A stretch of 63,938 nucleotides of DNA, the filler included, from Choristocarpus tenellus KU-1152 (lineage: Eukaryota > Protista > Phaeophyceae), in NCBI GenBank assembly GCA_964200185.2. It is 12 parts of 12 records of this genome, joined end to end, with 100 filler letters (N's around TTAATTAATTAA, not from the genome) between each part and the next. Parts side by side here need not be neighbours in the genome. Positions count along the whole stretch, not along the records: positions 13,306 to 26,199 come from CAXNAD020001671.1; positions 26,300 to 30,980 come from CAXNAD020013488.1; positions 31,081 to 36,170 come from CAXNAD020011917.1; positions 36,271 to 42,265 come from CAXNAD020009211.1; 8 more parts are not named here. The stretch is one strand, 5' to 3'. The position numbers were made by a program, and so were the translations under genes. A model generated the notes under the pieces. That model did no database searches and was not told the origin of the DNA. It saw nothing but the letters and a program-made list of their open reading frames with translations. The stretch's first letter is position 1, and every line of letters begins with the position of its first letter. Shown here piece by piece: positions 24,903 to 37,271 of the stretch.

Positions 24903-26570
24903 AATGCTGAATTGCGTATGTTAATTTCTTATGCGGACTAAGCATGGGACGTTGCCCACCCGTGACTACTGCTGCTGTGTAGAGAAAGGTCTTGTCTTGA
25001 AGATAGAGGGACCATGACTGGACGAAAGCTGGCTTGTGATGTCATTTACTCTTGAAGATGAGGCAGATAAGGACGACAGACCTGGGCATATATACCAGAC
25101 AAAGATTCCACCTAGGGTTCCGTCTCTATCAACCTCACGCTTGGAGGGGATGGACTCCTTTGGTGCAGGCCTATGTCTGTACCTACTTTAAGCTACACCT
25201 CATTCCCTGCAGGCACGTGCTGGCAGTGTATATGTTCGTGTGAAGCTGTACACCAGTATTCTCTCAATCCCTTACGGCCTTGTTTGCGCTTGGATTAGGG
25301 TGCTAGATAATTTTTTTTCGGCTGGCACGTAGTGAAACCACAGAAGACAACACACCTTTCAGAAATACAAATTTCTCTTTGCATTGTTTGATGAAGAACA
25401 GAGGTGGGGAATCTGTTGAGAATTGATTGTCAAGTGCTGTCTCTGGTTTCAGTTCTACGCCGGTGCAGTCATTCCGTGGGGGACGTCAAGGCACACTGCA
25501 TTTTCCTTTTGAATCAAACCTCTGAATTGTTCGTATGAATGCCGTGAATATGATCCGAACCTACACGAAACGATAGCATGGTCAGGCCGCCGTGGTTTAC
25601 ATGCTAGCAAGTTGACAAACTAAGTATCCTGAGCAGTAAATTCTTTGTCAACACCATTCCTGTGTCCATTGTACTTATCGTACTTACTTAGCGCCTAGAA
25701 AAATTGAGCTTTCCCTCAAGCTGTTACCTGAAAACGTACTGGCATGTGTATGGTGTTGAGACAGCTGTAATTTGTAGGTGAGAATTTATTGAACTCCAAA
25801 GAGATGAGAGGATAAAGCCTCCCTTACATGTCAACAACCCTGCTGGGAGACCACACAACATACAAGGACCAGATTATACCCTGACCTCAGGGGGAAGAAA
25901 AGGGGGAAGAAAAGGGGGAAGAAAAGGGTGAATGATTTTTTGTATTGCATACAGGTTCAGAAACACTTCTTGTAAGAGGTGGAGGCCACCGGCATCCAGA
26001 AGTGTCACGGGTGTGTGGAACTAATTATGTCCATTGCCCTTAACACCATTGACAATAATAGTCACAATGTGTACACTCGCCGAAATGGTACCCTCCCACA
26101 GGAGGAATCAGAGCATATGTGTGCGCGTGTGTATGGGAGGGGGGGGGGGCAGGGGCAGGGGCGGGGGTTAACAATCCGTCAAGCACAACCCTAGTGATAN
26201 NNNNNNNNNNNNNNNNNNNNNNNNNNNNNNNNNNNNNNNNNNNTTAATTAATTAANNNNNNNNNNNNNNNNNNNNNNNNNNNNNNNNNNNNNNNNNNNNA
26301 GAAGGCAGTTATTAACATCTGCCACAACAAAAATGCGTACTCGGCTCTCAACACACACCGCCCATTCTTCAAGATGCCTATGAGGTACACGTTACTAACA
26401 CGAATATCTGCCACATGCTTGCTAAACCGACGTCTCTACATTTCCCTGGCGCCAGAATTGGGCCGAAAGTAACTGGCGGTAAACCTAACCCGCGTGTTAG
26501 TCTGCAGTGTTTGCGTAGGAGCCAAAGGTCTCTTCCGTGCCGTCTTACCGATCCGTCCTGTAGACACTTG

Positions 26571-26829
26571 GAGTCAAAGTATCTTAGATGGTAGTGCCGC
26601 ATCCGTCTGGGGGCCAAATTCCTATGTTGCGATTTTGATGTAATTTTGGGTATCGTGTTTGTTAGGAAGTGTCAATATCATTATTCCTGACACACCTCTT
26701 CATAATGTACACATTTTCCCTAACTCCGAAACATTTTGGATTAAGTAAAATGTCTTTAAAACCAGTGGAAAGTCAAGCCCCAAGCGGACAAACAGGGTAA
26801 AACCCGTACCCTCTAAGATACTTTCACTC
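26571..26829 (-). mobile_element. MITE family B copy
   Basis: GAGTCAAAGTATCTTAGA ... TCTAAGATACTTTCACTC with TSD TTG. Confidence 0.9.
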
Positions 26830-27621
26830 TTGAAGGATACCTCCTTGGACGGACATATGCAAGGGTACCCCAGTACATGCGCCTGCACTGGCAGAGGCCC
26901 CTCTACCCTGCCCCGTACCGATATTCTCCTTGTCAAAATCGTCCTCGTCGTCCTTGTCTTCCTTCTGCTGTTCCTCGTCCTCCTCCTCCTCTTCATCTTC
27001 CTCCTCTTCATCTTCCTCCTCGTACTCCTCCTTGTCGTCACCCGGATGTTGGGCCTGTCCTCTCTGAGCAATCGGAGGAAGTACTCCTTGCTTACCCGCT
27101 TGGAAGAGTCGTCAGGATACACCCGTATTGCCTCTTTGCATAAATTCTTGCATAGCTTCTAATTAAAAATGTTGGTTGTGTGGGCAAGTGAGGAGTTATT
27201 GAGAAGGAACACTCGAAGAACACCCCTGCAACATTTCTCGAAGGCGGGCTGACCAATAACTTGACTGAGAACGCGGAAGACAGGATCAAGCAAGCTTACA
27301 TCGTGCGTTACGAAAGAGCAAATGCAATGATCTGATTAAATTTGCCATGAGCTTCATTCGGTTCGGGCCTCGCTGCCGTTTGCAGAGGCGATAAAGGAGG
27401 CGAATCTACCATCATCATCATCATCGGAAGCGCTTTAGACATACGAAGTACACACTTTTCCTACCAATTTCAGACCGGGCCCGGGGCCGCAGAGTATGTG
27501 TGCTCGGCGTTGAAATAACATTTATTGTGTCTTCCTTCGTAAAATCGACAACGAGTATCATCATGAATATTGAAATATCGACATAGCAAACGAAAAAGAT
27601 AGCACTTTGTATTAATCTTGA

Positions 27622-27879
27622 GAGCCAAAGTATCTTAGGGGGTACAGTCGCGTCCATTTGGGGACCAACATCCAATGTCGCCGTTTTGGTGTAATTTTGA
27701 CTATCATGTTTGTTAGGAGATGTCAATATCCTTGTCTGGACACTCCTTTTCATAACGTATACATTTTACCTACTACGAAACATTTTGAAGTAGGTAAAAT
27801 GTCAATAAAAACCCATGGGAAGTCAAGCCCCATATGGACAAACAGGACAAAATTCGTACCCTCTAAGATAATTTCACTC
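27622..27879 (-). mobile_element. MITE family B copy
   Basis: GAGCCAAAGTATCTTAGGGGG ... CCCTCTAAGATAATTTCACTC. Flanks TGA/TGT (imperfect TSD). Confidence 0.9.
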
Positions 27880-30800
27880 TGTTTTGCTTTCCACATTGTG
27901 TTGGTGGAGTAAATCTCATTATGCAATCAATGTAGAACGTAAAAATATGAAACATTTGTAGGGGTTTCTATAGAAATGGTAAGGCATTCCCTGTGGTAAC
28001 CTTCCAGCAAAACACCCGTTTTCCCGCCAAGTGGTGGAGAAACCTCCACCAACACCCGTCACCTAACTCTAGTTTTCTTTTTTGGTTTGTGTAGGTTTGG
28101 AGAGGTGGGGAACAGGATTTCTTAAGCGCTATATTTTAATAGCACCATACAAGTATAGCGTAATTGTGTAACTTGAAGGTGTATATCATTTGCTGAGTTG
28201 ATTGTTGAATCTTCCGGGGAACCACAAATCCAGGGCAACGTCCTTTCCTTAAATATCCTATAAAATATCCTTAATTACAGTGCTAAGTGCAGGGGATCAG
28301 GACTCCTCTGATCCGGCCATCTCCAAGGATCTTGTTGTTATCAAGAGAGCACCATAAACAATAGATCAGAGGATGAGGAACATTAGGGAGTGGGATAACA
28401 CCTGAGGGGTTCTTTAAGGGTATGCTTTATGCTGATAATGCGGTCATATCTCCAAGACCCAACGAGATTTTACCAGAATGATAGCGATTGTGGCAGTGGT
28501 CAGACCATTCCGTCTATTGGTGTCAGTGCTGAAGACAGAGAGATTGTGTGTCTGTATTCGACCTCCTAATCCGATGCAGATACCATAATGCAGACACAGG
28601 CACTGAACGGGACATACAAAAGCAGACAGATAAGTGCATTTCCCTTGAGTGCACAATCAGTAACGAAGCTGCTGTATCACTTGTTGAGATCAGCCGGAGG
28701 ATCCAGAAATAGAGTTGTCGTAAATGCAGTCAGGTACCGTAACTGTGAGACAAGACCTCAGGTATATATCTTGATCTCAATATTCAAATGCTCACAAATG
28801 CTGAGATGCTTGAAGTTCTGCTATATTGTGGCGGTTGTATGGCATGGGAGCCCTGCCAGGTTCATTTTATGAAGCTCCGTTCTCATCATCACAAATTCTT
28901 CCTCCACTGTTATAATAGAATATCCCAAACGGGGATGCACCGATGATGTCCTGTACTACAAAGGTGCTTGTGTTGTGAACACTAGGTGTGAGATCATCTG
29001 GGCAGCGTTGCACAAGCAAATAATCCTATTTGCTGGGTCAGATGCACGAATAGGAAATGAGTGTTTTCCACATTTTTTTGGTGTTTGGTGGTGCTTGCAA
29101 CAGGGAGATCGAAGCAAGGTGGACAGGATAATAATTGGTGCGAGTCACTCCAAGATGACCTTGAGAAATTTGGGACAAAGATTGAAGATTGGAGTACTAG
29201 CGCCTCTAAAAAACAAGTGATATACCTAATGTGTGACTGCCTGAATAACGAACTTCATGGCAGAGTGTCATCCAATGGAAGTCGTGATATTCCTAATGTG
29301 CACGAAGCTAAAGCAGCAGCCGCCAAAATCACCCAAACCACCAAACAACACCTCCACCACCACTGTCTCTTCAATGCTGCTTTCCTCTCTTGGATTCATT
29401 TCTCTTGCACCCATTGTTCACTTTTTATTTCCTCTCTTCCCCATACATTAATTTGGGGCGGTTGTGGTTTCTTCACCCATGGGTTCTCTTCCTCTCGTTT
29501 TCTTTGTTGTTTCCCCAGTTTTCTTTTCTCTTCTTACATTCCTTGATGTCTACTCAACCAGTGTATATTGCTTTCTTTGGGCAACCTCTTCGACCCCAGA
29601 CTCCCTGCCTAGGACTAATATGATGATTATCACCACTAGAACACGAAATTAATTAGTGAGTAGACTTAACAGTCTGGGGTGGATGCTATTTTCTAGGTAC
29701 TCTAACACACTCTCAGAAGCAAGTTTTCTAGAGGCATTATTAGCAACAATGGCGGTGTGGTACACTTGCTAGCACTAAATGAACCTAAATTATGGAGGAT
29801 AAAGTTGTGTTGCAGACATAGATGTCGATAGATAGTAGCAAGTCGTATTTACCTATCAGATTTTTAATATATTTTGATGAGCGGTGACATCTTCCAGAGT
29901 GACAAGTAGGAAAAACAAGAATTATCAAGGGGAGAAAGCACCAAAACATAGTACCACAATGTATAATTGTATTATTATTATGCCTACTGACATCCTGGAG
30001 CGACTGTATCAGGTATCGTATGGAAGGCCTCTCCGTTTTGAGTCACACAAGGAGGGTTGTGCTTGACAAATTGCTTGCATTGGCATGTCCAACATGGCCT
30101 TCTCTTCACAAGAAAGCCGATGGTGACCACTCCTCACCCTGATTTATGCTGTTGGGAGCCTTTCTTTGTACACATCGTCGCGGTTAGTGTTGTTTAAATG
30201 AGAATTTAACGCGTATAGTAGAAGTTACTTTTGTTTTGAACGACTTCAGCAATAACAAGAAGAAGTGGAGACCCTTCTGGAAGGATAGTAAAGCAATCCG
30301 TGTTCTCCACTACTATACTAGAAGGGATGTATGTCCACTTCATCAAACAAAACCACGTAAGTACCTGGTGCACGCTTGCACTGAAGAAAGGTAGGTTGAT
30401 AACTCCACACATTATTACTATCGTATGTTACAAGGTGCGTAGGAAATGTTGATAGAATAACGATACGAGGAGAAAACCGAAGGAAGGTATGCCTACACAC
30501 AATACATAATTATGTGTGCATAGAATGCGTACTGAGTTTACGCGTAATGTACAGAGTGGATAACTGATAAAATAATCATGGTTTCAGTGTTGAAAATGGT
30601 GAATGATTTTCGGTTCTTTTCGAAACTAAAGATGCGGATGGCAAGTTCCAAGTTCTAACATATATGGATGAAATTACTCCCGCGGAAACCGTGGTATTTC
30701 ACAGTTACGGTTAGCAAAAATTGTAGACGCTTAGTTTGCCTGTACGGCAAACGTATCGTGGGAAATATGTACCGCACCATTGGTAACCGTGGAGACAGTA

Positions 30801-30924
30801 GTAGTTGTTAAACCGTACATAACCGTCAGAATTCTCCAACCGTGTCATGGTTCCTAGGGGGGCAACTTTCACGATACTGTCCTGTACCGTCAGATAGATT
30901 CTTATTCCACAACTAACTGCACCA

Positions 30925-30980
30925 GGGTCAAAGTATCTGGGAGGGGGTAGCGGCTGTCCATTTGGGATCAATTTTTTCAT
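30925..30980 (+). mobile_element. MITE family A, truncated by contig end
   Basis: GGGTCAAAGTATCTGGGAGGGGGTAGCGGCTGTCCATTTGGG. Confidence 0.85.
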
Positions 30981-31080
30981 NNNNNNNNNNNNNNNNNNNN
31001 NNNNNNNNNNNNNNNNNNNNNNNNTTAATTAATTAANNNNNNNNNNNNNNNNNNNNNNNNNNNNNNNNNNNNNNNNNNNN

Positions 31081-31286
31081 CATATGATTGATTTCCCAGC
31101 TCACCACGATTAAGCAGTCGCTTCGACGATTGATTTCCCAGCTCACCACGATTAATCAGTTGCTTTGATGATTGATTCCCAGCTAACCCTAACCCTAATT
31201 ACTACAAAATCGATATTATACCATATAGATTCTGTGCCGCTTTTTTAGGGCACACCCATGGGTGAACAAAATCGGGGTAGGTACTG
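31081..31286 (-). mobile_element. Repeat family D (Tc1/mariner-like end with subterminal tandem repeats)
   Basis: Reverse-complement homolog of 40671-40860 and 42028-42190. The end reads TA|CAGTA. Confidence 0.7.
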
Positions 31287-31861
31287 TACTTCTCTCTACT
31301 TACTTACAAATTCTATATGAGAAACTTGACAGTATAGTAACTGCTGCTGTTACTTTTACAGGGGTCCTTGTGATATTGGTTTGACTTTTTCCATGACACG
31401 TCTGAAATCGTCAGAGGGGATGGTAGTATATATTCAACAACTCCCCTTCTACACTGTTGTTCTTCTAACCTACCATATACCAACGAAGGAGGGTAAGGAT
31501 CCAGGGAAGCACCCAAGGAATCTGACAGATCCCTTCTTGCCCACCTACCTGATTTCATTGACGGGGGGGCGGCACAACAAATACTTGTGATGTTGGTTTG
31601 GCTTTTTCTTGACACATCTCTGCAAAATATCTGAGGGCATAATAGTATATAAAGGCCTGCACACGTTTCATACATGGGGGAGAGGTACAACAAATATGTA
31701 GTTGTACCCGTTTCCCAGATGATGAGTCGTACGACAAACATTGGGACATGTTATAGGATAGGCATGGTGGCAATGATACGCAATATGGGAGCACTGATCA
31801 TCGATATATGTCAAATATAATATATATTTATGTCAAATCACAAGGAGGGCACAACACGAGA

Positions 31862-32760
31862 TCACCCGCCTGCTGGATAGGATCCCCTTTGACTCTTTCC
31901 GCCCGCAATTGACTGCCTTACGTAATGAAGAGGAACAAGGGAAGGAAAGTTCTCCCTAGCCCTAGAATGCCACCGGAGCCAGTGTGGACAAAGGGCAAAT
32001 GCATGGGCATGCCAGATCCCCCCCATAGAGTTTAGATTCACTGCCAGCAGATCCCTAGGGAGAGAGGAGGCCCTATCGAACAAGTTCCCGGTGACTGGGT
32101 GCAGGAGGCAAAATGTAGATACCAAAAATGCACTTACCTGCATTAGGGTAGAAGGACAGGTCCGCAACATGGACTGATGGTGAAGCATCTCAGTCAACTC
32201 TGCAAAAGAATGGGCATCCCTTGCATTATGGAGGACGGTAGTCCATTTACAGTGGACTGGAATTTCAGCAGGGATCTGGTCTTCCATGCTGAGGCACTTG
32301 CAGATGCTGGATCAGCTCTCTAGCGGGACAAAGAATTCCTTCTAGATGTTACGTTTGCAGAACTGCAGGGTGCATCTCACCTTCCACAGTCATCCACCAG
32401 TAATGGTGTAGCTGTTGCTGCAGCTGAGGAGCGAAAGCGCACCCACTGCGAGGGCTCTTTTGACTTTCTAGTTATAACCTCAACACCTCCCTCTACAAGC
32501 GGAAGGTTTTCTGTATGAGTTAGCTACACATGCTGTAGGGTGGAGAGAGACAGGAGGGTACAGGAGGAAAGGGGCTGTAAATCCCGTCCGCTACATATAG
32601 TCTCTGTCACAACACAAGTAGCCCCATCTAGATGTCTCATGCATTATAAGCTGGAGTTACCAGGGAGATGGGCAGGGAGGGGCTTGTTAGATTCTTCGGA
32701 TACTTCCCTGGCTCCTCACCCTGGGGTGCAGGGCTAAGGTAGGTTGGAGGCACAGGAAGG
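31862..32760 (+). mobile_element. CRE-like non-LTR retrotransposon 3' remnant (restriction-like endonuclease region)
   Basis: Translation DKEFLLDVTFAELQGASHL...AVAAAEERKRTHCEGSFD and IVSVTTQVA.SR..HYKLEL fits the RLE-domain pattern LDV...AA.E..K..HY. Stops and frameshifts present. Confidence 0.7.
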
Positions 32761-32824
32761 CAGTGGTGTAGCATAGCTGGTAGTAAAACAGAAAATAGAT
32801 ATATGCCTTCCACATCTATGACTG

Positions 32825-35310
32825 TTCAAGAAATTGATGTTCCCAAGACTTGTGTATGTAAATATCTCGATTAATTCCTCATTGCATAGAACAGCTTGTG
32901 GATGAAGTAAGGAAGGTGAAAGGAGAAGTGAACATCCAAGCCCAAGGGAGAGGATCCTTGCCACCAAATCAATTCTGTTCCGTGCATGAAAAATTGAATT
33001 AATCATAGATTACTTCCCACAATGCTTCCTATTCCTGAATTCTTCCATATTCTGGTTCTTGAACCTGAACATATCTTCCATTTTTCAGAGCGCAAACATA
33101 TTGTCTCTTCGTCCTTAGATTGTGTCTTCCACAGAATCCATCATTCTTCCCACTTGTCTTCACAAATTCCAATCCAGGTCCTCCAGAAGAAGGAGTTAAT
33201 CGCTTAGAATTCTCCCCTTTCCAATATAATTCTCCCCCAGATTGTTTTCCCGCTTGTATCATTGAGAAGAGATTAAATTTTAACCTAGGGACAAGTGACA
33301 CATTGTTTAAGATGAAATTTGAAACTTCCCCACTCTGTACACAAGATATTGACAAAGCACACAGAGTCGAAACTGGTAGAACCTTTCCATCACCAACAAT
33401 CACTGATGTTCCCTACCACAAGTTTTGGATCTATCAGAGCAGTAGGGTTATTTGTCATATGAACGTAACACCCACTGTGAAAGAACCAAAGCTCATCCAC
33501 TTCCCCACAAAACTTCCATTATTTGCTTACCGATGAGAATCCTCCAATCTGAACTGGTGTATCATCTGCTTTGTGTTCCCCATCACCAGTTTCACCAGTA
33601 TTGGTTGCATCGCCTCTCCCCCTCCCCTTTCCATTCTTCTTCTTCCTTCGGGAAGTTGGTCCAGACGATCCTTGACCCGATTCTCCCATAGCCTCTGCGT
33701 GGTTGGGACAACAATACGCCTTATGCCCCCTCACTCCTCAAACATTGCATGAGCCCATAAGGATTGAAAGTGTGCTCCTCCGCACAGCCAACACTCCACA
33801 CATCTTGAATGCCGATCCATTTGATACCCTGTAGTTCCACCTCTCGCATGGGTTCCTCCCACCATCAATGCACAGCCATTACTTGCCATCCGTCGTTCTA
33901 GTTGGCGTTTACGAAGTTGATAAGTCTCGCAACCTCTTCTTTGTAGTTCAAGTCTAGCTTCACGTCCTTCACCAGTACCTGTCCGATCTCAATTAATTTT
34001 CTTTGGTCAAGCAATCATGCATGTCGCTCTTCGCTTGGTTCATTGTCTATCGATCTCATATTCTTTATAATCCTGTCCACTTCCATGATCACGGTGGACG
34101 GATCCTCTCCCACAGGTAGGTGTAGCGAATTTAGCTTGACATCATGTGGCCTTTTCTGTTATTCCACTTCTCCTGAAATGGTTCCTCAAAGCTTTAAAAG
34201 CTTGGTAAGGACGGTCATCGTTATCCGTCACTTGTTTTGTGAACCCGTCTAAACCCATCGCCAGAGCTGCCATAGCCATACTTGCTTTCTCCATGTCTCG
34301 TTCCGACCATCTTGGATGATCAAAGAAATCGCAACTCACCCTGATGCGATCATCTAATAGTAATATATCCTTCCAACCATCCATAGCAACACACGAAAGA
34401 GAGCTTCTCTTGAACGTAGCATAACCTTCACCATCATCATCGCAACTAGAAATTTCGAACTTGGATGGCAGTGTTATCAGTCATCTCATATACTGCTCAG
34501 CTGGTGCCATCTGTTGTGAAGGTCTCCTAACCACCATCTCTTCGTTGTCATTCTTCGACTCAACCAACTCTCAACCTTCTTCAACTGGCGTTGCAGGTAT
34601 TGTGTCTCCATACTCTGCTCTTCTCGAAGTACGTCTTCTGTAAGTGATGGTCGCCTCCATCGGGACACCCTCTCAAATCGATTTAACGCTAGCCTTGAGA
34701 ACTTCGCACAATTCATTAAGTAATGCTAGCTAGCATTTAAAATAAATTGATGTTCCCAAGATTTTAATATCTAACTCTCGATTAATTCGATATTGTATAG
34801 ATAGAGCAGGTTTGTAGAAGAAGTAAGGAAGGCGAAATAGTGAGAGAACATCCAAGCCCAAGGGGGGGATCCTTGCTACCATATCAATTTTATTCTGTGA
34901 ATGACCAATCAAACTAATCACGGATTACTTCCCACAATGCTCCCTATTCCTCCTGAACTCTTCCATATTCCAGTTCTTGAAACCCAACAAGATAAAATAT
35001 CTTAAAGGGTATAGAACCGCGTCCATTTGGGGGCCAAAATCCAATGTTGCGATTTTGACGTAATTTTTGCTATCGTGTTTGTTAGGAAGTGTCAGCATCC
35101 TTGTTCCGGACACACATTTTCATAATGCATATTTTTTACCTTGAAATATTTCAGACTACGTAAAATGTCACAAAATATCCGTGGGAAGTCAGACCCCATA
35201 CGGACAAACATGACAAAATTCGTACCCTGTATGATATTTTCACTCAACCGTATCTTCTTTTCAGCAGAACACAAAAAATATATTTTCATCCTTAGATTGT
35301 TTCTTCTACA
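32825..35310 (-). mobile_element. Internally deleted Ty1/Copia element with two diverged LTRs (gag + protease only)
   Basis: Direct repeats 32825-33133 and ~34740-35310 (the latter interrupted by MITE B), both starting TG on the minus strand. Internal PYQAFKALRNHF, GEDPSTVI, Zn-knuckle GHKAYCCP and IVGDGKVLPV...LNNVSLVPRLKFNLFS. Confidence 0.8.
34989..35245 (-). mobile_element. MITE family B copy nested in Copia LTR
   Basis: TSD AAC. Homology to the sister LTR resumes exactly after the MITE. Confidence 0.88.
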
Positions 35311-36270
35311 TAACAGCCGATTTCAAAAATTGAGGATGGAGCTTTTCATTGAGGATGGGCTTGACCCAAAATTGACTGGGATAAAGTGTCAATATGATTT
35401 TATTTTATTAAAATATTTCTTTTACACATGAATAAAAAAGCATTCTTAGCACACCACCACATTATCCTTTGTCTAGGTGTTTGAGTCTGGACACTGCATA
35501 GACTTCTGAGAACTAGGCCTCATCTAGAGGGTTTATACCGTGGGTCTTTACCAAGCGAGAACGAAGCTTGGAAACGTTTTGTTACATTTAATTCTGAACA
35601 GACGGAATATGCGTTTCCTTACTTATCCTAATCCTAGCCCTAACTTCAACCTTTTTGTAGTCCAATAACTTCTTTTCTGAGCAGTATCAGGAGAATGGTT
35701 GGTCCAGAATGTAGGTTTCTGGCAGGACCCTGGTCTATGATGTGTTTATCACAAATTTTGAATTCCCTATTGCCTACCTTCAAGTAATAAAACTTCCACA
35801 CAGACGCTATACCTACCCATTTAGACTTTGACCCTCGGTTGTCGATGGTTCTGGTGACTTTTGTCGCAAGGTCCTGATACATAGGGTTCGAGTCTGGATA
35901 ACCCACAAGAGGAAGCTATAGCCATGCTAAGCCAGTCAAACTTCTGAACCCGGGGGGACACGTCTCAAGGTTAGGTTTGGCATCCTCCTCTCCTTCATCT
36001 TCTGGTCCCAGAATCAGAGTTGCTTCCTTATCGTCTTCTGGAGTTGTGTATGTCGGGTTGAATGCCGATTCCTCAATTCACTTCCCCTCCAGCTCTCCAC
36101 GTAAGAGCAGCAGGGTCACCCAATTACTTCGCGCACCGCGGATAGCGGGGGGTTAAAGTATCTTGGGGGGNNNNNNNNNNNNNNNNNNNNNNNNNNNNNN
36201 NNNNNNNNNNNNNNTTAATTAATTAANNNNNNNNNNNNNNNNNNNNNNNNNNNNNNNNNNNNNNNNNNNN

Positions 36271-37271
36271 CGTACATTGGAGGGCTGTGACCCAGATCCT
36301 CAAGTATCTCAAAGGGACGCGAGAGCTGGGCTTAACCTACCAGAAATGCAAAGGATTGAACTAAATGACTTACGCTAAAGCAAAATTTGCCAATGAGTCC
36401 TTCGACAGACATTCCACATCGGGGGGGGTAGTGATGTGTGAGGGGGCAGCAGTTTCTTGACTTTCCAGGACCCAACGTGTCATAGCACGGTCGACTGCAG
36501 AGGCAGAGTACATAGCCATGGGGGACTGTGTGAAGGAGTTGTTTTTGTGAGGTGTTTTGGAGTTCTTGCAACCTGATAGGACTGGTTCATGTTATGTAGT
36601 GTATGAGGATAACACAGGAGCCATTCATTTGGCTAACAACCCTTTGAGTTCTGGCAGGACTAAGCATATAGATGTGCGAAATTATTTCCTAAGGGACTTG
36701 GTAGCCAATGGACAAGTAAGGATTGTCCATGCTACCTCAGATGAGCAGCATGCAGATGTGTTGACCAAGCCTTTAGCAGAAGTATCCTTTTGGGGGGCAT
36801 TCAGGGGCTTTGTTAAATTGAGACTACGTTTAGTGGTTTGCTTCTTGCTGAATTTTTTTTTTTTTGTTTAGATAAATATTTATTTTCAGTGAGTTCAATA
36901 GCTGGTTGTTTTCTTGCCATACAGGATTGACCTGAGGAGTCTCCTAGGATTCATAATTGTCTTGTTGTAAGTTCTCAAGAGTTGTTTGAGCTAGGGAGGG
37001 CGTTCAATTAGACTCTTCCAACTCTATCGGACAGTTACGGTAAAATATGTATGGAGTAAGAAAACAATTAATTAGTGGTTGAGTTATCGGAACCTTTTAC
37101 TGGTGATCGATCAGCTATATGAGAAAAATTCTCATAAAAAAGGAAATATTTATGATTTTATGGGGTGCTGCATGCCCCACTTAACTTTAATCAATCACTC
37201 TACAGATATCAAGCAATCTCGCTGGGTTTATCACCTTTATCCTCTTTGATGATTTGGGCGATACTTTAACA
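36271..37271 (+). mobile_element. Ty1/Copia 3' end: RT tail, RNase H, PPT, 3' LTR
   Basis: ILKYLKGT, RSTAEAEYIAM, YEDNTGAIHLANNP...RTKHIDVR, EQHADVLTKPL. Purine tract AGGGAGGG at 36993-37000 and putative LTR 37001-37271 ending TTAACA. In-frame stops. Confidence 0.9.

Noticed and set aside
26700-27162. Arg/Lys-rich and Leu-rich overlapping ORFs
   Set aside because: Alternative frames of a (GAG/GAA/GAC)n low-complexity tract that run into a MITE.
28440-29220. Possible hAT transposase remnant (HKMNLA, KSRW on the minus strand)
   Set aside because: The motifs are too short and the frames too broken to support a call.
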